The notes beneath the pieces were generated by a model. It did no database searches and was not told the DNA's origin. It was given only the letters and a program-made list of their open reading frames with translations. From Saccostrea echinata (Eukaryota), in NCBI RefSeq assembly GCF_033153115.1, contig NW_026889764.1, positions 6,262,001-6,326,000 on the forward strand: 64,000 nt of DNA. Direction: 5' to 3'. A program made the position numbers and the translations under genes. Position 1 is the first letter of the stretch. The number at the start of each line of letters is the position of its first letter. Positions 39,837 to 53,801 of the stretch are shown one piece after another.

Positions 39837-41834
39837 AACTAAATATTTTAAAAAATATCAACAAGTGTATCATGTATTACGTACTTGTAGTTAACTTTTA
39901 AATAATTCCTTATCGACCTGCAAAAATAATGTTGAATAAAGATATTGTAACCATTGTCTAACTGAAAATATATATTAAATTAGTCTGTGGAATAAAATTA
40001 AAGTTAATGTGTTACATATATGGAATTGAAGTGAAAGAAAAATGAAATCATAAAAAAGTTAAGAATAAGATGTGGACATGGAGACTCCAAGAGGGAAGTA
40101 AACACGATTAAGGGCTGACTTGTGCAGCTGCTTAGAATCAAAACAAATTTTAATTCGAATGTGGAATGTTATTTGGATTTACATTAATTAAAGGTAACCT
40201 TGATGGTTTTTTTTTTTTTTTTGAAATATTATATATAGGCTATATTTAACAATGTTTTGACAATGTATTTAAAGGTTTATCTCGTAGAGTCTAGGGAATA
40301 TTAGACTCTTGTAAAGTTCTTCCTTGTATAGAATGAAGAGTGCTTGAAAGGTCATAAAATATCAAGTCTTTATAAGGAAATGAATATTAACTCGAAGGTG
40401 GATTGCGTAATTTTCAATTGGTTAATATTTATAGAAATAATATTTTGTAAAGTTAAATCATGATTTTCCTTATATAATCATGTTTTTTTAATTATGTATC
40501 TCAGTTGGAGGAGACCTTATATATATAGGCTTTCCTCGTGTTGAATTAAGAAATCACTGTCTACCTTATTGGGAATGCGAGGGCATTAACGACAATTGAA
40601 AACGTCGAAAAATTTGACAATTGCATGACAGGCGAATAATAATTAACTGTCGTTAATATCTCTGGCATACCCAACAAACTAGACAGTGATTCTTTATACT
40701 GTTATATTTACATTTTTTTAAGTTATTAATTTTTACTCGCAAAATAGCTCCTTAATAATAATTGAGAAAAATAATTGAAGGTGAAATATCCCTCTGCTCT
40801 AAATTTCACCATTTAAAAAAAAAAAATCCCAACATTGCTTTTCATCGACAACAATAGCATTAGATTCAAATGGAAAATAGTTTGAAGTATGAAACGTCGC
40901 TTACTTTTTCAGAAATGAATATTATGTCTAATCATGATATGCAGAAAATTTGATATGGTGAACAGAAAGATCAATAATTTATCTCAACATAAAATTTAAA
41001 ATATGAGGTATATATGAAATTAATATTTACTATCATACCTATCTAATTCACATTAGAAAACATAATGAAGCGTTGCTTTTTAAATCAGAATATCACATTG
41101 TTTTCTGTACTTGTAAAATAAAAAAGCATCCCTCTACAAGAGTTTCTTTCCATCTACAGGAGTTAGCGTTCTTCAAAATATTTTTTGTGAAAAAAAAAAT
41201 AATTTATTGATTGTAAAAAGTCTGGTTAGTCTGCATCTGAAATTTCTGTAACAATTAAAGATTATATGTTAAGAGATAGAAATATCTCAATTTTAACAGT
41301 TTAAAGGAACTGAGCATAAATGTTTTAGGTAAACTATTAATATAAGTAATTATTATATAGTCTATTTATAGTCCCTATATAATCTATACAAACGCAAACA
41401 GTTCATAACACTACATATTCACCGGATTTTAAGCCGTATTCACCGGAGGGTCGGTGCGCGTGCAGCGGCATTGTGACGTCACAATCAACACCTCAAACAA
41501 CGTTGTAAACAACGGTTGCAACGGCCGGAGCCAGCTGTGTATCTGAGCAGGAAAAACATTAACCAAACCTATCGCAGGATTATTTTCTAAACATTTCGAT
41601 TTCTTACAAACAGCAAAAGGAAAACACGGAAGCACATGTAATCTGGACATTTTTTTTAGTTTTCCACGACAGAAGTTTGTAAATGAAAGTGGTATCATCA
41701 TGCAGCCTTCAATGTCTTATTCATTTGTAATGGTGGATGATTTATAGTGTCTATATATGTTATTAAATCTTTGTTATTTATTACCATGTATCTAGTCACG
41801 TATTAATATGAATAATTATTGTAATATTGTGTTG

Positions 41835-44800
41835 TGTAACATTATACTATTATTATTATATTATTATACTACATTTAATGTCGGGTTCGTTGCCGACTTT
41901 GCGCGTGTGTCAGGCCGTTCGGGACAACGTCTGGACGTCTGTTAACGGCCTGACCACCGTGACGTTCGCAACGGCCAGATTAGATCAGTGCTTGCCTGAG
42001 ACAAGCTGCGAGTAGGTATCCACCATCCCCTAGACTTGTAATATTGTTAATTGTCACTTATTTATTTATTTCATTTAATAAACCTTTGTTAACCGTTATA
42101 AATGTTTTTCTCTCTGTAAATCACTGAATCTGGATTTATACATGGAAACGGACAGGTTTCCCGTTACATTTTTGGGGGCTCGTCCGGTGATTTACAGTTG
42201 AGAACATTTTTCGGTCTATTGTAAAAAAAAAAAAAAAGAAAGAACCAAACGTATCAACAATTTATGTTCAGAATTTTAGGTGGTATCTAAAGAAAAACAT
42301 TTTTTTTCTACATTGTATTTTTATGGTTTAAATGGCGTCAACACTTTTCAGTAATCTGTCCAACAAATTTAGGCAATGGTTTAGCTTTCATGAACCGGAA
42401 GCAAGGGCTAGTACTAGTGAAGAAAGGAGCGGATCTCACGGAAATAAAAATATTTCCAACAAAACTCAGGAAATTCAAAATCAGCACAATTTCTGGGATG
42501 CGGACATAAGATCAGATAGACCTACATGTATTCAAAGACCAATTGTTAACAATGACATACCTGTTACATATTTCGTGGAAAATAAAGAAGTTCATGCTTC
42601 TTGTAATGTTAGGCCTAACGCTAGTGTACCACACCGACAAGAAAACCATGGGGTTTTTCAAACAAGTCTGGAAAACGGTCACAATGTAGGGTTTGAACGA
42701 AATGTTCAGAACAATTTTGACTCGTATCTGAGTGATAACATGTCCAATCCATATGAAAAACTGTCACAAAGTAGCTCAGCTTCACAGCATGTTTTCAATC
42801 GAGGCGATCACGTGACACAAAACGGGTACTGGGGTACAGAAAGGGGAGATAAAAACGACCCATATTACTCTGGTCGAACCAGGGGAAATTATTTTGCACA
42901 TAGTACACCTATGACAAATATTCAAAATCGAAATGTGGTGTCGAATTTTGAAACAAATAAAACTCCTTATCGGGAGGTTACAAACAAAATGCAATATTTT
43001 GAGCCAGAAAATAAAATTGAAAGTGAAAGAGAAAATTACTTTTTCTCAAGATGCGGACAAGATAATGTCACTTCTCCGTATCCGAGATGGTCAGATGGGG
43101 ATCAAAATTCATTAAATTACCCCTCCCCAAATGTTCACTACAGTTCAGGGTCGAGAGTAGAAAATGATTATTTCGCTGAAAATAAATACGGCGCGCAGTC
43201 GGTCTATCCATTAGACTCGGAGGTTCGAACACCTTACCGGAATTATTTTGATCGGAATGATCAAAGACCTCCTGTTCAACATTCTTTTGAACAAATGAAA
43301 AACATGCCCAACAATGTAAAAAATTTTCAGAATTCTGAATGTCGTTTGATAAATGATAGTTTTAGCAAACAAATGTTTCCAACAGGTGCGCAAAAGTTCG
43401 AAGGCCCTGATCAATTGAATGAAAATAATTACTTTCTAGATCAAAGACGTAGACAAAGAAAAGAAAAAGAACCTGATCTTTTTACCGGAGAAAACGTGGA
43501 ATGGGCAGATTATATTTGCCAGTTTGAACAGGTGTCACTCTGGAACAAATGGTCAGGAAGCGAAAAAGCAGCACAACTCGCAATGAGTTTACGAAGTGCT
43601 GCTCAGCGAATTCTCGGTGATCTGTCTCGTGATCAGTTAACAAACTATGAATCTCTAAAATCAGTTCTAACGCAAAGATTCAATCCCTTAGAGCGCGAGA
43701 CTGCTTTCCGCTGCGAGTTCCGGAACGGAAACGACTTTCAGGAGAGACAGCAGCTGACTATGGCTACTCTTTAAAAAGACTAGCTACTCGCGCATTTCCG
43801 ACAATACCAGTTTCACTTCGTGAGAGTATTGTTCTTGAACAGTACATTAACGGACTAGGTAGTCAAGAAATAAGAAGACATGTGCAATTTGCACACCCTA
43901 CTACGTTAGACAGGGCTATATCTCTTGCACCAAAACATACTGAAATTCAGTCTGTCCGAGCGCTGAAAGCAACAAACGAGTCTAATAATCTTGAAAATAA
44001 AAGACCTTCAGAATTAGAAAAATCGCTTGCTCTGATGCAAAAATCTATTCAAAAATAACAGAAAGAGACAACCAAAATGGCAGAATAATTTCTCGCCGTA
44101 CGCAAGATGAAACTCGAAAGAAAATTGTCAAATGCTATAACTGTAACCAAACAGGCCACATTAGTAAATTTTGCCCAAAGTCACAAACACCCATACTTGC
44201 ATCAAGTCCTAGAAAGGTTACATTTTCGGATTCTGTCTCAAAATCTGGTGATTTAAACTAAATGGGGCTGAGCTCGGGACCAAAAGCCCAGCCCACAACG
44301 ATTTAACTACTGAAAATTTGACAAGGCCCTCTGTAAGGTTGTCGGCAATCTCTAAGAGTTGTTGGTTTTCTGTTGTTGAGATTGGTGGTTTGAGCGCAAA
44401 CATGCTCATTGATACCGGCTCATCGGTGTCTCTGTTATCAAAGGAGATATATGAGACTTTGAGTTTCAGACCGATCTTAACAAAAGTCGCAGACAAGTTA
44501 ACCACAGCTGACGGTGAACCCCTGCGTGTTTGTGGGAAATCGAATTTCCCGCTCCGAATGAATGGAGTAAATTTTAATTACCCATTGCAATTATAATTGC
44601 AGAATTGGGTGATCTTCATGGTATATTGGGATTAGATTTTTTGTCTGACAACGAAATTGTAGTGGATACTTGTAGAGGAATTTTGATGTCCTCTCACTTT
44701 CAAATTCAGTTATGCTGGGAAAATAGTTTAAATCATACGTGTGCAAGAGTTCAGATTTCTGAAAATGTTCGAATACCACCTAGGTCTGAGATGTTTATTA

Positions 44801-46538
44801 CTGGCAATGTCAAAGGTAATATTTCGGATGATGTGACGTGCATCTTAGAGCCAGATAGGGACCAGACAGGACATGATGTCCTCATACCTAAATCAATTGT
44901 CAACATCACAAAATCATCTGTGGTGTTTTCTGTCCTTAATCCTACTGACAATGATATACATTTGAAAAAAAATAAATGCATAGCTAGTATACAAGCTGTA
45001 GATTATATCATAGACAATGATGATTGCAAAGGTTCAGGAGTAGAAAATAAAGATATGTCTTTACAATCAAGTGTACCAGATAATTTGCAATCGCTGCTAG
45101 AAAATGTGTCAAATAAACTTTTATCTCTTGAGAAAAACGAGTTGAAACATTTTGTTTTACAATATTTTGACGTTTTTGTCGGATCTGACGGAAACTTAGG
45201 CCGAACTGACCTCACTGCTCATAAAATTGACACAGGGGGCGCGAAACCGATTAAGCTACCCCCAAGACGACTTCCAATATCTCAGCGAGATGTTGCTGAG
45301 CACGAAATAGAAAATATGTTACAGAAAGGAGTAATAGAACCTATTAATTCTCCATGGGCTTCGCCCATTGTTCTAGTAAAGAAAAAGGACGGCTCAACGC
45401 GTTTTGCGTAGATTATCGGCGCTTAAATGCTGTCACTGTGAAAGACGCATATCCACTGCCTAGAGTGGATGAATCTTTTGATTCACTAGCCGGTGCCAAA
45501 TATTTCTGCACACTCGACTTAGCCAGCGGATACTGGCAAGTGGTCATGCATCCCGATGATAGACAAAAGACAGCCTTTGCTAGTCATAAGGGATTATATG
45601 AATTTACGGTAATGCCTTTCGGACTGTCAAATAGTCCGGCAACGTTCGAACGATTAATGGAGATTGTACTTTGCGGACTCCAGTGGGAGAAATGTCTAGT
45701 CTATTAAGACGATGTCATTGTTTTTGGAAAAACTTTTCAAGAAACTTTAGAGAATTTAAGATCAGTTTTCGACCGATTTAGGAGCGCAAAGTTAAAACTG
45801 AAACCTAAGAAATGCGTTCTTTTCAAAGACGAAGTATCATTTCTCGGTCACGTAGTCTCAGCTAACGGCATTCAGTGTGATCCGACGAAAATTATCGCGA
45901 TTAAGGAATGGCCGGTATCCGAAAACATTTCGGATGTCAGAAGTTTTCTGGGACTTGCGTCGTATTATCGTAAATTCATATACAATTTCTCATCTATCGC
46001 TTACCCTTTAACAAGACTAACACAGAAAAATAAACCATTTGAATGGACCGCAGAAAGTGAAAATGCTTTCACTACTCTTAAAAAGTTACTGACAGATACC
46101 CCGATACTATCATATCCTGACATCAAGGAAACGTTTATTCTTGATACCGATGCTAGCGTATTTGGCGTTGGTGCAGTCTTATCGCAGATACAAAACGGTC
46201 AAGAAAAGGTTATAGCGTACGGAAGTAAAAGACTGTCCAAATCTCAAAGCAAATACTGCACTACGTATCGCGAACTTTTTCATTAAACACATTTTCTCCT
46301 TCGTACCGACCATTCGTCTCTCCTTTGGCTGAAGAATTTTAAAGAACCGGAAGGGGTGTTGGCCCGATGGCTTTCCTTTCTAGAGACGTACGATTTCGAG
46401 ATTAAACATAGGAAAGGTTCTCTGCATGGAAATGCAGACGGTTTATCTAAACGCCCCTCGCGCCGATGTAAGAGATTTGATTGTAACCAATGTTACGGTA
46501 CCTTGCCAAGCAGCAAAGACAATATCTCACAATACCAA
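41835..46538 (+). mobile_element. Truncated, decayed Ty3/Gypsy LTR retrotransposon (5' LTR, PBS, gag, protease, RT, RNase H; no integrase or 3' LTR)
   Basis: LTR end gttaca at 42168 (start tgtaac at 41835 or 41247). PBS TGGGGGCTCGTCCGG at 42173-42187. gag with CYNC..GH....C knuckle, LIDTGS protease, SPWASPIVLV/LDLASGYWQ/MPFGL RT with a stop in Y*DD (45705), TDAS RNase H; several frameshifts. Confidence 0.93.
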
Positions 46539-47550
46539 CAGGCGCGTAGCCAGAATAGAAATGATGTGTACGCAGAGAACGGCAGGGGTTGGGTGGGGTG
46601 CGTGAGTCTTGAAACACCCCCCCCCCCCCCAGTGTTTAAGGGCTCTGGTCAGGCACGTTATGTAGCTTTTGCCAGCCAGGAAAAAATTACAACTTTAAAA
46701 ATTTTGTCAAGCAAGGACGAAAAAGGAAGATTGTCAAAATTCGAAGTCCCATTTCTTGTGTGTGTGTGTTTGTTGAAGGGGGGAGGGGTGTCGATCATCT
46801 TTCACAAACCAAATTTTTATTAATACATTACCAAATTACCATGATTTAACAATGGTGCAACAAACAGTGGGGGTCCACCCTTTCAATGTACATTTCTTCA
46901 ATAGTAAAAGGTTACGTTTTGGGAATAAATAGTGGGGAGGCTCCCCTGATACTACGTGCCTGCTGGTGAGGGCCCAGAAGCTCCGGAGTTTTACCAAATA
47001 TTTCATTCATTTTCTTGAAATATAAAAATTATGCCATTTAGTTTTTGTTTAGGAAATAAAAGACATAGTTATATTCATTGTTTTAACGAAAATTAATATT
47101 CCATGGAAACTCATTGTACATATAATTGAGGCTAAAATTTAACCGATTAACTGGTATATAATCATTCTTAACGTTTAAAAACATACAAAATTTTAATTAT
47201 GAACAAAAAATATCGTATTTTAAATCATACTAGTAGATCATAGCATTCAACGATGCGGCTGAAATTTATTTTTTCAAAGATCTTTAAAAAAAAATATCAA
47301 TGTATGGTAGAACAATGACAAAATAATGAATGATTAAATAAAGGATTTCAGATTTTATCATACAGCCACGATAATTTAAAATTTAAATCGACACAGTATG
47401 ACACAGAATAATTTGAAACACGAATATTTTTTGGATGGTATTGAGATTTTTTTTCTCCGAATAATTCTCTCTTTTTTCTTATCTTTTTTTTCTTTTCTGA
47501 AAATGATGTGTACGCACTTGCGTATTTGCGTATAGGCAGCTACGCGCCTG
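46539..47550. mobile_element. MITE with CAGGCGCGTAGC TIRs and 5-bp TSD (accaa), containing a nested relative at 46650-46962 (TSD ctggt)
   Basis: TIRs caggcgcgtagc / gctacgcgcctg; nested caggcacgt / acgtgcctg; direct 5-bp flanks visible. Confidence 0.8.
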
Positions 47551-47673
47551 ACCAAGACTTTGTTGACTAAAGCATTTAAAAACATTATAAAAACGTTATA
47601 AAAACATCAAAATGATTATTTCATAAACTCTTGTTCTGACTAGTGGATCCTTTTTCTTACATATGGCAAGGAA

Positions 47674-48138
47674 TATGGCTGTGTATTGAGCAAAATATTT
47701 CGATAAGATACGATATTTTATAAAGCGATATGCGATATATTGGATTCTTTAACAAGTCTGTCAAAAAAGTCTTGTATACCATTTAATCCATAGATTTGAT
47801 AAAAACTGGGTGTTTTATTACCAAATTGGAAGTTCATGTTTCACTGTCTTTACAAAGTACACTTCAAATTCAAACTTTTAGTGATTGTAAAACTAACATG
47901 TTAAAATATAGTTGTCTATGTATTTTGTAAATAGTTATTTAAGATGTGCTATCTCCTTAATGTTTATTTCATTATTGATCATTTTTAATTCAAAACAGTT
48001 AAAAATAACCTTTGATGACTGAAATTCCCAACTTTTTCACTGAATTATAAGAAAAACTGTCTGCCCGATACGTATTGAAAGTTAATTTTCGATACGATAC
48101 ATTCCTGAATATTCGATACGTATATTGACACAGCCCTA
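47674..48138. mobile_element. hAT-type MITE with 8-bp TSD
   Basis: Ends tatggctgtgt / acacagcccta, TSD gcaaggaa, subterminal cgata motifs. Confidence 0.8.
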
Positions 48139-48406
48139 GCAAGGAACGGAGAGCTTAGTACAAAACGATGTTCCCTATTTTAAAAGATGAGTGAATTACG
48201 CCCAGTACAGTAATGTGACAGTAATACAGTTATACCGAGCCTCAAAGAACAGCCAACATTATACTTCGATAAACCCACACAAAGTAACTGTATTAGAATA
48301 ACCTTAATTTTTTCTGACTCCTATATCAACTGAATATAAAATTCAATCAGTTGCCGTGCGACTTTGTTGTCTTCATTGACCGATTTAATCTCTTTACAAT
48401 AATATT

Positions 48407-48734
48407 CAGGCCCGTAGAACGCGGGGGAGGGGGGCGCCCCTTTTTCTAAGTGAAGTATTTTGTTGTAGTAAATGTTCATTTAGATGCTTGTTGTTCCGAC
48501 CCCCATTTTTTGTTGCTGTAAGGTCGAGCACTGTTGTCAAATTCAAGGATTTGAAGAAAAAAACACCAAAAAGTAAAAGAAAGGTCCAACATGCCCCCCC
48601 CCCCCCCAACAACACCACCATGAAATAACATTTTGGAGTTTGGACAGTTGGACACTTTAGCAGTTTTTTTTTTAAATTTTATTTTTAAATATTATTTTGC
48701 TTGTCAGATTTTTTGGGAGGTTGCTACGGACCTG
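48407..48734. mobile_element. MITE with CAGGCCCGTAG TIRs and 5-bp TSD (atatt)
   Basis: caggcccgtag / ctacggacctg flanked by atatt. Confidence 0.75.
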
Positions 48735-48847
48735 ATATTTTCAACAACTTGAAATTCTCTGGCTATTCAAGATGAAAGACTTGTTCCATCAACATTTTTT
48801 GTCAATTTTCTTGCCATTGATCACATTCTATGTAATGAAATCCTATA

Positions 48848-51800
48848 CTACGCTTGACATAGCTCTAATTCATCATCCTGAAATAGAGCAGCTATCCCTT
48901 TAGATTCTATTCTTTTGTCGAGCTTATCAACATCATCCTTAAAACTAGCACTGTGTGTTGATTGCAGCGCAAATAGATTGTCCAACTTTGTTAAGTCTGG
49001 TCTATATCCGTCAAATTTAAACTGTATAGGAGAGAAGCCCAGATTTTGAAGAGGTCCGACCATTTCACTTCCACTGTTCTTAGGCAGAAATGACACGAAG
49101 AGAAGTCTAGCGGGATAAACTTCATCGTGATACTTTTTAAACATCTCCGCAAAACTATAAAACAAGAAATATCAAATTCATCGGCCAAGAAAGAAAATAC
49201 TTATTACTTCCATAACGTAGTCAAAAGTTAGATATGATGTAAAGGAATAATTAGAGCTAGTGGGTTCTATTGGAGATAAGAACATTTCCTTAAATAAATG
49301 ATAATTAAATTTCTAAGCTTACTGCATATTGGTAGTTTGTTCCTTTTCAACTTCTTCCTCGTCTGTGACAATCACAAAAGTCTTCACCACTTCCTTCCTC
49401 TGAAAAAACGGAAGTAATGCCGCTGCCGGGCACGTGCCTCCCCCAGCCTTTACCTCCATAGCTAGATTGCTAACTTCTTGAACTGTGCTAGGAACGTATG
49501 GAGCGGCATGACTTTCGTCATCGAAGAAGACTAATTTAGCAGATGTAATGACGGCGAGGATACCGGCGATGATAGAACTGGTGCGGATGGCTACATCCAT
49601 TGACCCGGACTTGTCCCCGAGTATGACAACCGGCGAGTCCAAGGAAAGCCTGATAGGGACATAACAAAAACATAATATTATTTTAATCCAGTGGAAAGGG
49701 GAGAAAACGTTCTTGAGTTGTTTAAATATTGCTATTATTCTTCAACTCTGTCATATCTCTAAAATATTCAATATTTTTTTTATTTGTAGTTACCATGTAT
49801 GATATATAATTTACATTGCACTGCTTTTTAAAAAATTAATCCAGCGACAATATCTATTGCAAAATGCAGCTGTAAAATGGTAAGTAGGACTAAATTTGTA
49901 TAGTCTGTCCCAAATGAGCATTTCCACCACGTTTTAAACGATATCAAATAAATTTTGATTTGTTTTCAAAGAAAATATCATATAACATCTTTTGAGCATT
50001 TGTTCAATTGGCTAAACATGAGACAAAATTAATTTAAAAAATCAAAGCGGCTACCTTATATTTGCAAGACGTTCCTGAGCAATATCTGAAAGCTTTGTTG
50101 AAAATGTTGCAATGTCTGGGTTGGGTGTATACATTATTTCCCCTGGGCCCTCTGGTAGGCCTTCCCAATCCCAGGACTGCAAAATCCGCCTCATTTGCTC
50201 ATACTCCTCCTCTGGGTTTTGTGGTTCACCTGCCTGTAATAGCCGACACATAAGAATACGTTCGAGGAGCTTTCCAAGCGCCAGAGTGACTGGATCTCCT
50301 TTCTTCAGACGGCTATCTAATTCCCTGTCTACCTGTGGACATTTCAGTTCCTCGTAATACCTTAAAAAAAAGTCAATCGATCCACATTTTTTGTAAGGAA
50401 TGTGTAATAGAGACGGTAAACAATGTGTAATCAATGGAAAGTATAAGATTATTTTAATATACATAAAAACTATAATAGTTCCCAATTTTTGCAAATATTT
50501 GGCGAGATAATCATAATATAGATGAAAAGATATATTACAGTAGTTTTGTTTTTGTCAAGGTAAAATTCTCAATCATCTGTATTTTACTATGTATACACGA
50601 TGACGTATCGCATACAATACAAGCATATTTTGTAAACATAGCTTTAAAGAATATTCTTAAATAATATCCCCCAAAGACTCTTATAACGAATAAATTAAAC
50701 TTGTTACACGATCATAACGCATTAAAACAGCATGAAATCTGTTTTATTTCTATTGTTAACCAATGTCACTCAATAGCATCCATTTCCCATGAAAGATTTT
50801 CTGCCCATGACCAAGCATATCTCACCACAAACCGACCTAGGTCCATTTCCATGGCAATGATGGCCATATTGAATATTGCATGCGCTACTACATTTTTCGG
50901 TTATCATTTATACTGTGAAGTTCATTAGGATTGTCCAAGCCATCTTTGATTACTAAATATGTCCCCCAACTTCATTAAGGGTAACATGAAATGAAAAAAG
51001 TGAAGATAACGAATAGTGATCAATCTTAAAAAAATCTACGAAAAATACAAGTCTGTTTGCAGAGTATAAAACACGGGCCTCCGGAAATTCCAGAGGTGGG
51101 ATAAGGTGCCTAGAAGGAGTAAGCATCCCCTGTTGACCTGACACACCCCGGCCCCTTTGAGACCAATGTATTGGTCATGTAGACGGAACATTCCTTAGTC
51201 AAATTCAGTATAAAAACAAAGGCCTTACAATTGGTATGAAACACGTCAGCAAAAATACGACCCAGTAGGTTAGATTTGTTAAAAAGGTCATTATAACGAC
51301 CAATGCTTAATTTAAACGAGGTTGTTGAACTCCCTGTAACACCAACTTATCTGGCAGTAGACTGCTCGTACTCAGAGGATGCTCTTGAGTATCAAAAATA
51401 AATATGTGCATTATCGTGCTGAAATTGACAAGTAAAATAAGAATTTAAACCATAAAATTGTATCCATTTTTTCCTCGCGTTGTGCTATTTTTCCTTTTAT
51501 TTCGTCTGTCAAGTGGGCAATAAATGATCTAACTTTGGTGTACGGGATATTATGATCCTGTAGTATTTCATTAATGTTGCTCTGTGTGATGCTCCGAGAC
51601 TTGAACACTAGACTATCCTCTGGTGGGGACTCTCCAAAACAGAAAGGTAAAAACCACGGAACAGAAAAATCCTGCCAAAAAAAGTAAAATCCATCCCAAT
51701 ATATCTGTATACATGTGGAATGGTTGTCAACTTTTCAATGAGTATTAAAATTAAGTGGCAATTTTTGAAAAATGGAAAATATAATGATTGATTTAAATGT

Positions 51801-53293
51801 ACATTAAATAAATACATGTACATGATATATGTTTATCTATATTCCATTCTAAATTTTCTTTACGATATATCGTAAAGAAAATTTAGAATGGAATATACAT
51901 GTACTATCAGAGTGGATTCTAAACGGTTTGCACATCAAGTGTTATCGTCATATGCATATGAAAACAATATCATATTACCTTGGTTGGATGAAAATGACAT
52001 ATGTCAGCCAGCCTTTTCCAAAGATCAACAGGAAAGTGGAGAGCAAAGAATTCCAACTCCTGTTTAGTTAAGGTGCGTGTCCAACGCTTCACGTGCTTAC
52101 ATACCGCGCCACTAGCTGATCCAGTCTGTAAAAGAATGTGCACATTTACAAGCATGCACAGCAGAAAGCTCATTTACTATTTGTTTTATGAAATACAACA
52201 GAGAATTAAAAAAAAAGTTTCCTGTCGCATTTGACTGTGATGTTTTACCGAGGGTTTCATTTTCATCAAGTTGTCTATGTCGGATTTCAGTTTTCCCATC
52301 GTGCTCGGTTTCACATTATTTTTCTGAATTTGAAGTCTCTTGTGTTTCTTTTCAAACGCTCTTGCTTGTCTGCCCGAGTCCAATAAAACGACTGCTTTTG
52401 ACACCTCCACAACACCGAACAGGTTTTTTCTTTGTAAAAGTGTCTCTGCCAACTCGTGGTCCCCGCGCGCCCAGGCAGCAGCCAACGCCTTGACTTTAGA
52501 ATCTTTCATTAGATAAGAAAAGCATAAGCCATTCTGAATAAAGATATTGCTCTGGATATCAAACATATTAGAAACAAACTTAAAAGCTGTAAATAAAAAT
52601 GTATGTTTGTTCCCTGTGCGCTGTATATTGTAAATGATTTTAGTTAATCACAGCCCAGTCAACTCCTTTTCTAATCCCTTCTGATTTTTTTTTAATTTCT
52701 TTTATTTATTCATTCATTTATGAATTATTATTTTTGTGAATTTGTGTCTTCGATTGATGGCCTCGGAGTAGAAATAATGAGAGCATAGCTTTGAAATATG
52801 AGTTCTTAACAATTTCATAGTGAACTTATTGTCTATTTCATAAAATTTTTAAATATCGTAGTTAACGTACTTCAGTCAGTCCTGGTAAATGTAGTTCGAC
52901 TTGTCAAACATTTCCTTTCCAAACCAAAAATAATGTTGTCTTTTTTTCTCTGGTATTTTGTATAAAAAAATCATATGTATAAAAAAAAATTTAAAGTAAT
53001 TTTAAGAAATGGTCCTATAAATCAATTTTTTACTTACGTTGTGGGACCTCAACTTTCCACTTTTCCATCGTTCGTATTGCAGCACAGTAGAGAGACCAGT
53101 TTTCCGTTTGTTCTTTAAAATGTAGATCAAATTTAACATTTTTGGTGAAGAATCCGACTGGATCATCCTGCAGCTCTATCTCTGAATCATTCCCTATCTC
53201 TTCATGCTCTCCAATCGTTCCGTTGGGCTTACGAATTCTTCTTGATCCGCTCCTTCCACCCTTGTGTCCACGCCCCCTTCTCTGTCCAGGCAT
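48848..53293 (-). CDS. Uncharacterised Ro60/TROVE-like helical + vWA (MIDAS) protein, 633 aa, 7 exons (53293-53038, 52586-52249, 52125-51979, 51671-51451, 50360-50055, 49649-49323, 49154-48848)
   Basis: All junctions are GT..AG and in frame. vWA MIDAS motifs VVILGDKSGSM, GGGTCP and FVIVTDEE are arranged as in Ro60 (DVSASM, GGTD, VFTDNE). RG-rich N-terminus. Confidence 0.8.
51838..51897. repeat. Perfect 60-bp palindrome in an intron
   Basis: tatattccattctaaattttctttacgata followed by its exact reverse complement. Confidence 0.93.
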
Positions 53294-53801
53294 TTTCTCA
53301 ATATGGATAAGATTTTTGACTTTTTAGCAACTTGTTACTATCAAAATACTACACTTTACCTTTAAATGCAAATATCGGGAAAAGATAAACTAAGTAAACA
53401 CGTATCTAGATTACGCAACATGAAGAAATACTCATAAAACTTTTCTATATAGACATTTCACATATTTGCGTCATTTTGTTATTTTCCTGTCTATTTATTC
53501 TAAGGACTTATATACTAATACACAATTCCCTGGTTATTCACGTAAATGCATTTACAAACCCATCCTTATTGAATATTTTAAATGAGTACTGAACACATTT
53601 CTTGAGCGAATTAATAAATTGAATACTGTCCACTCTCCTGACTTAGAGGTGAGAAAATGAAATGTTGACGGTGTTAGTCTAGACAGTAGACTCTAAGTGC
53701 AGTGTGTCATATGATTGGCTTTTATTCTCTCGATTTAGAGATACAGGATATTTTTAAAACCCCGTTAATACGAAGAATGTTCAACATTATTGAAATCTGA
53801 T
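53294..53801. promoter_or_regulatory. Putative bidirectional promoter region between the vWA gene and CLN3
   Basis: Divergent start codons ~510 bp apart; E-box-like gtcatatg overlapping a reverse CCAAT (attgg) at ~53706-53717. Confidence 0.5.

Noticed and set aside
46540-46823. C-terminal part of ORF 46356-46823 as an integrase or novel domain
   Set aside because: Read-through from RNase H into the MITE insertion.
26720-51390. Hammerhead ribozymes associated with the Penelope fragments
   Set aside because: No CTGANGA..GAAA core with supporting stems found by eye; an Infernal search would be needed.
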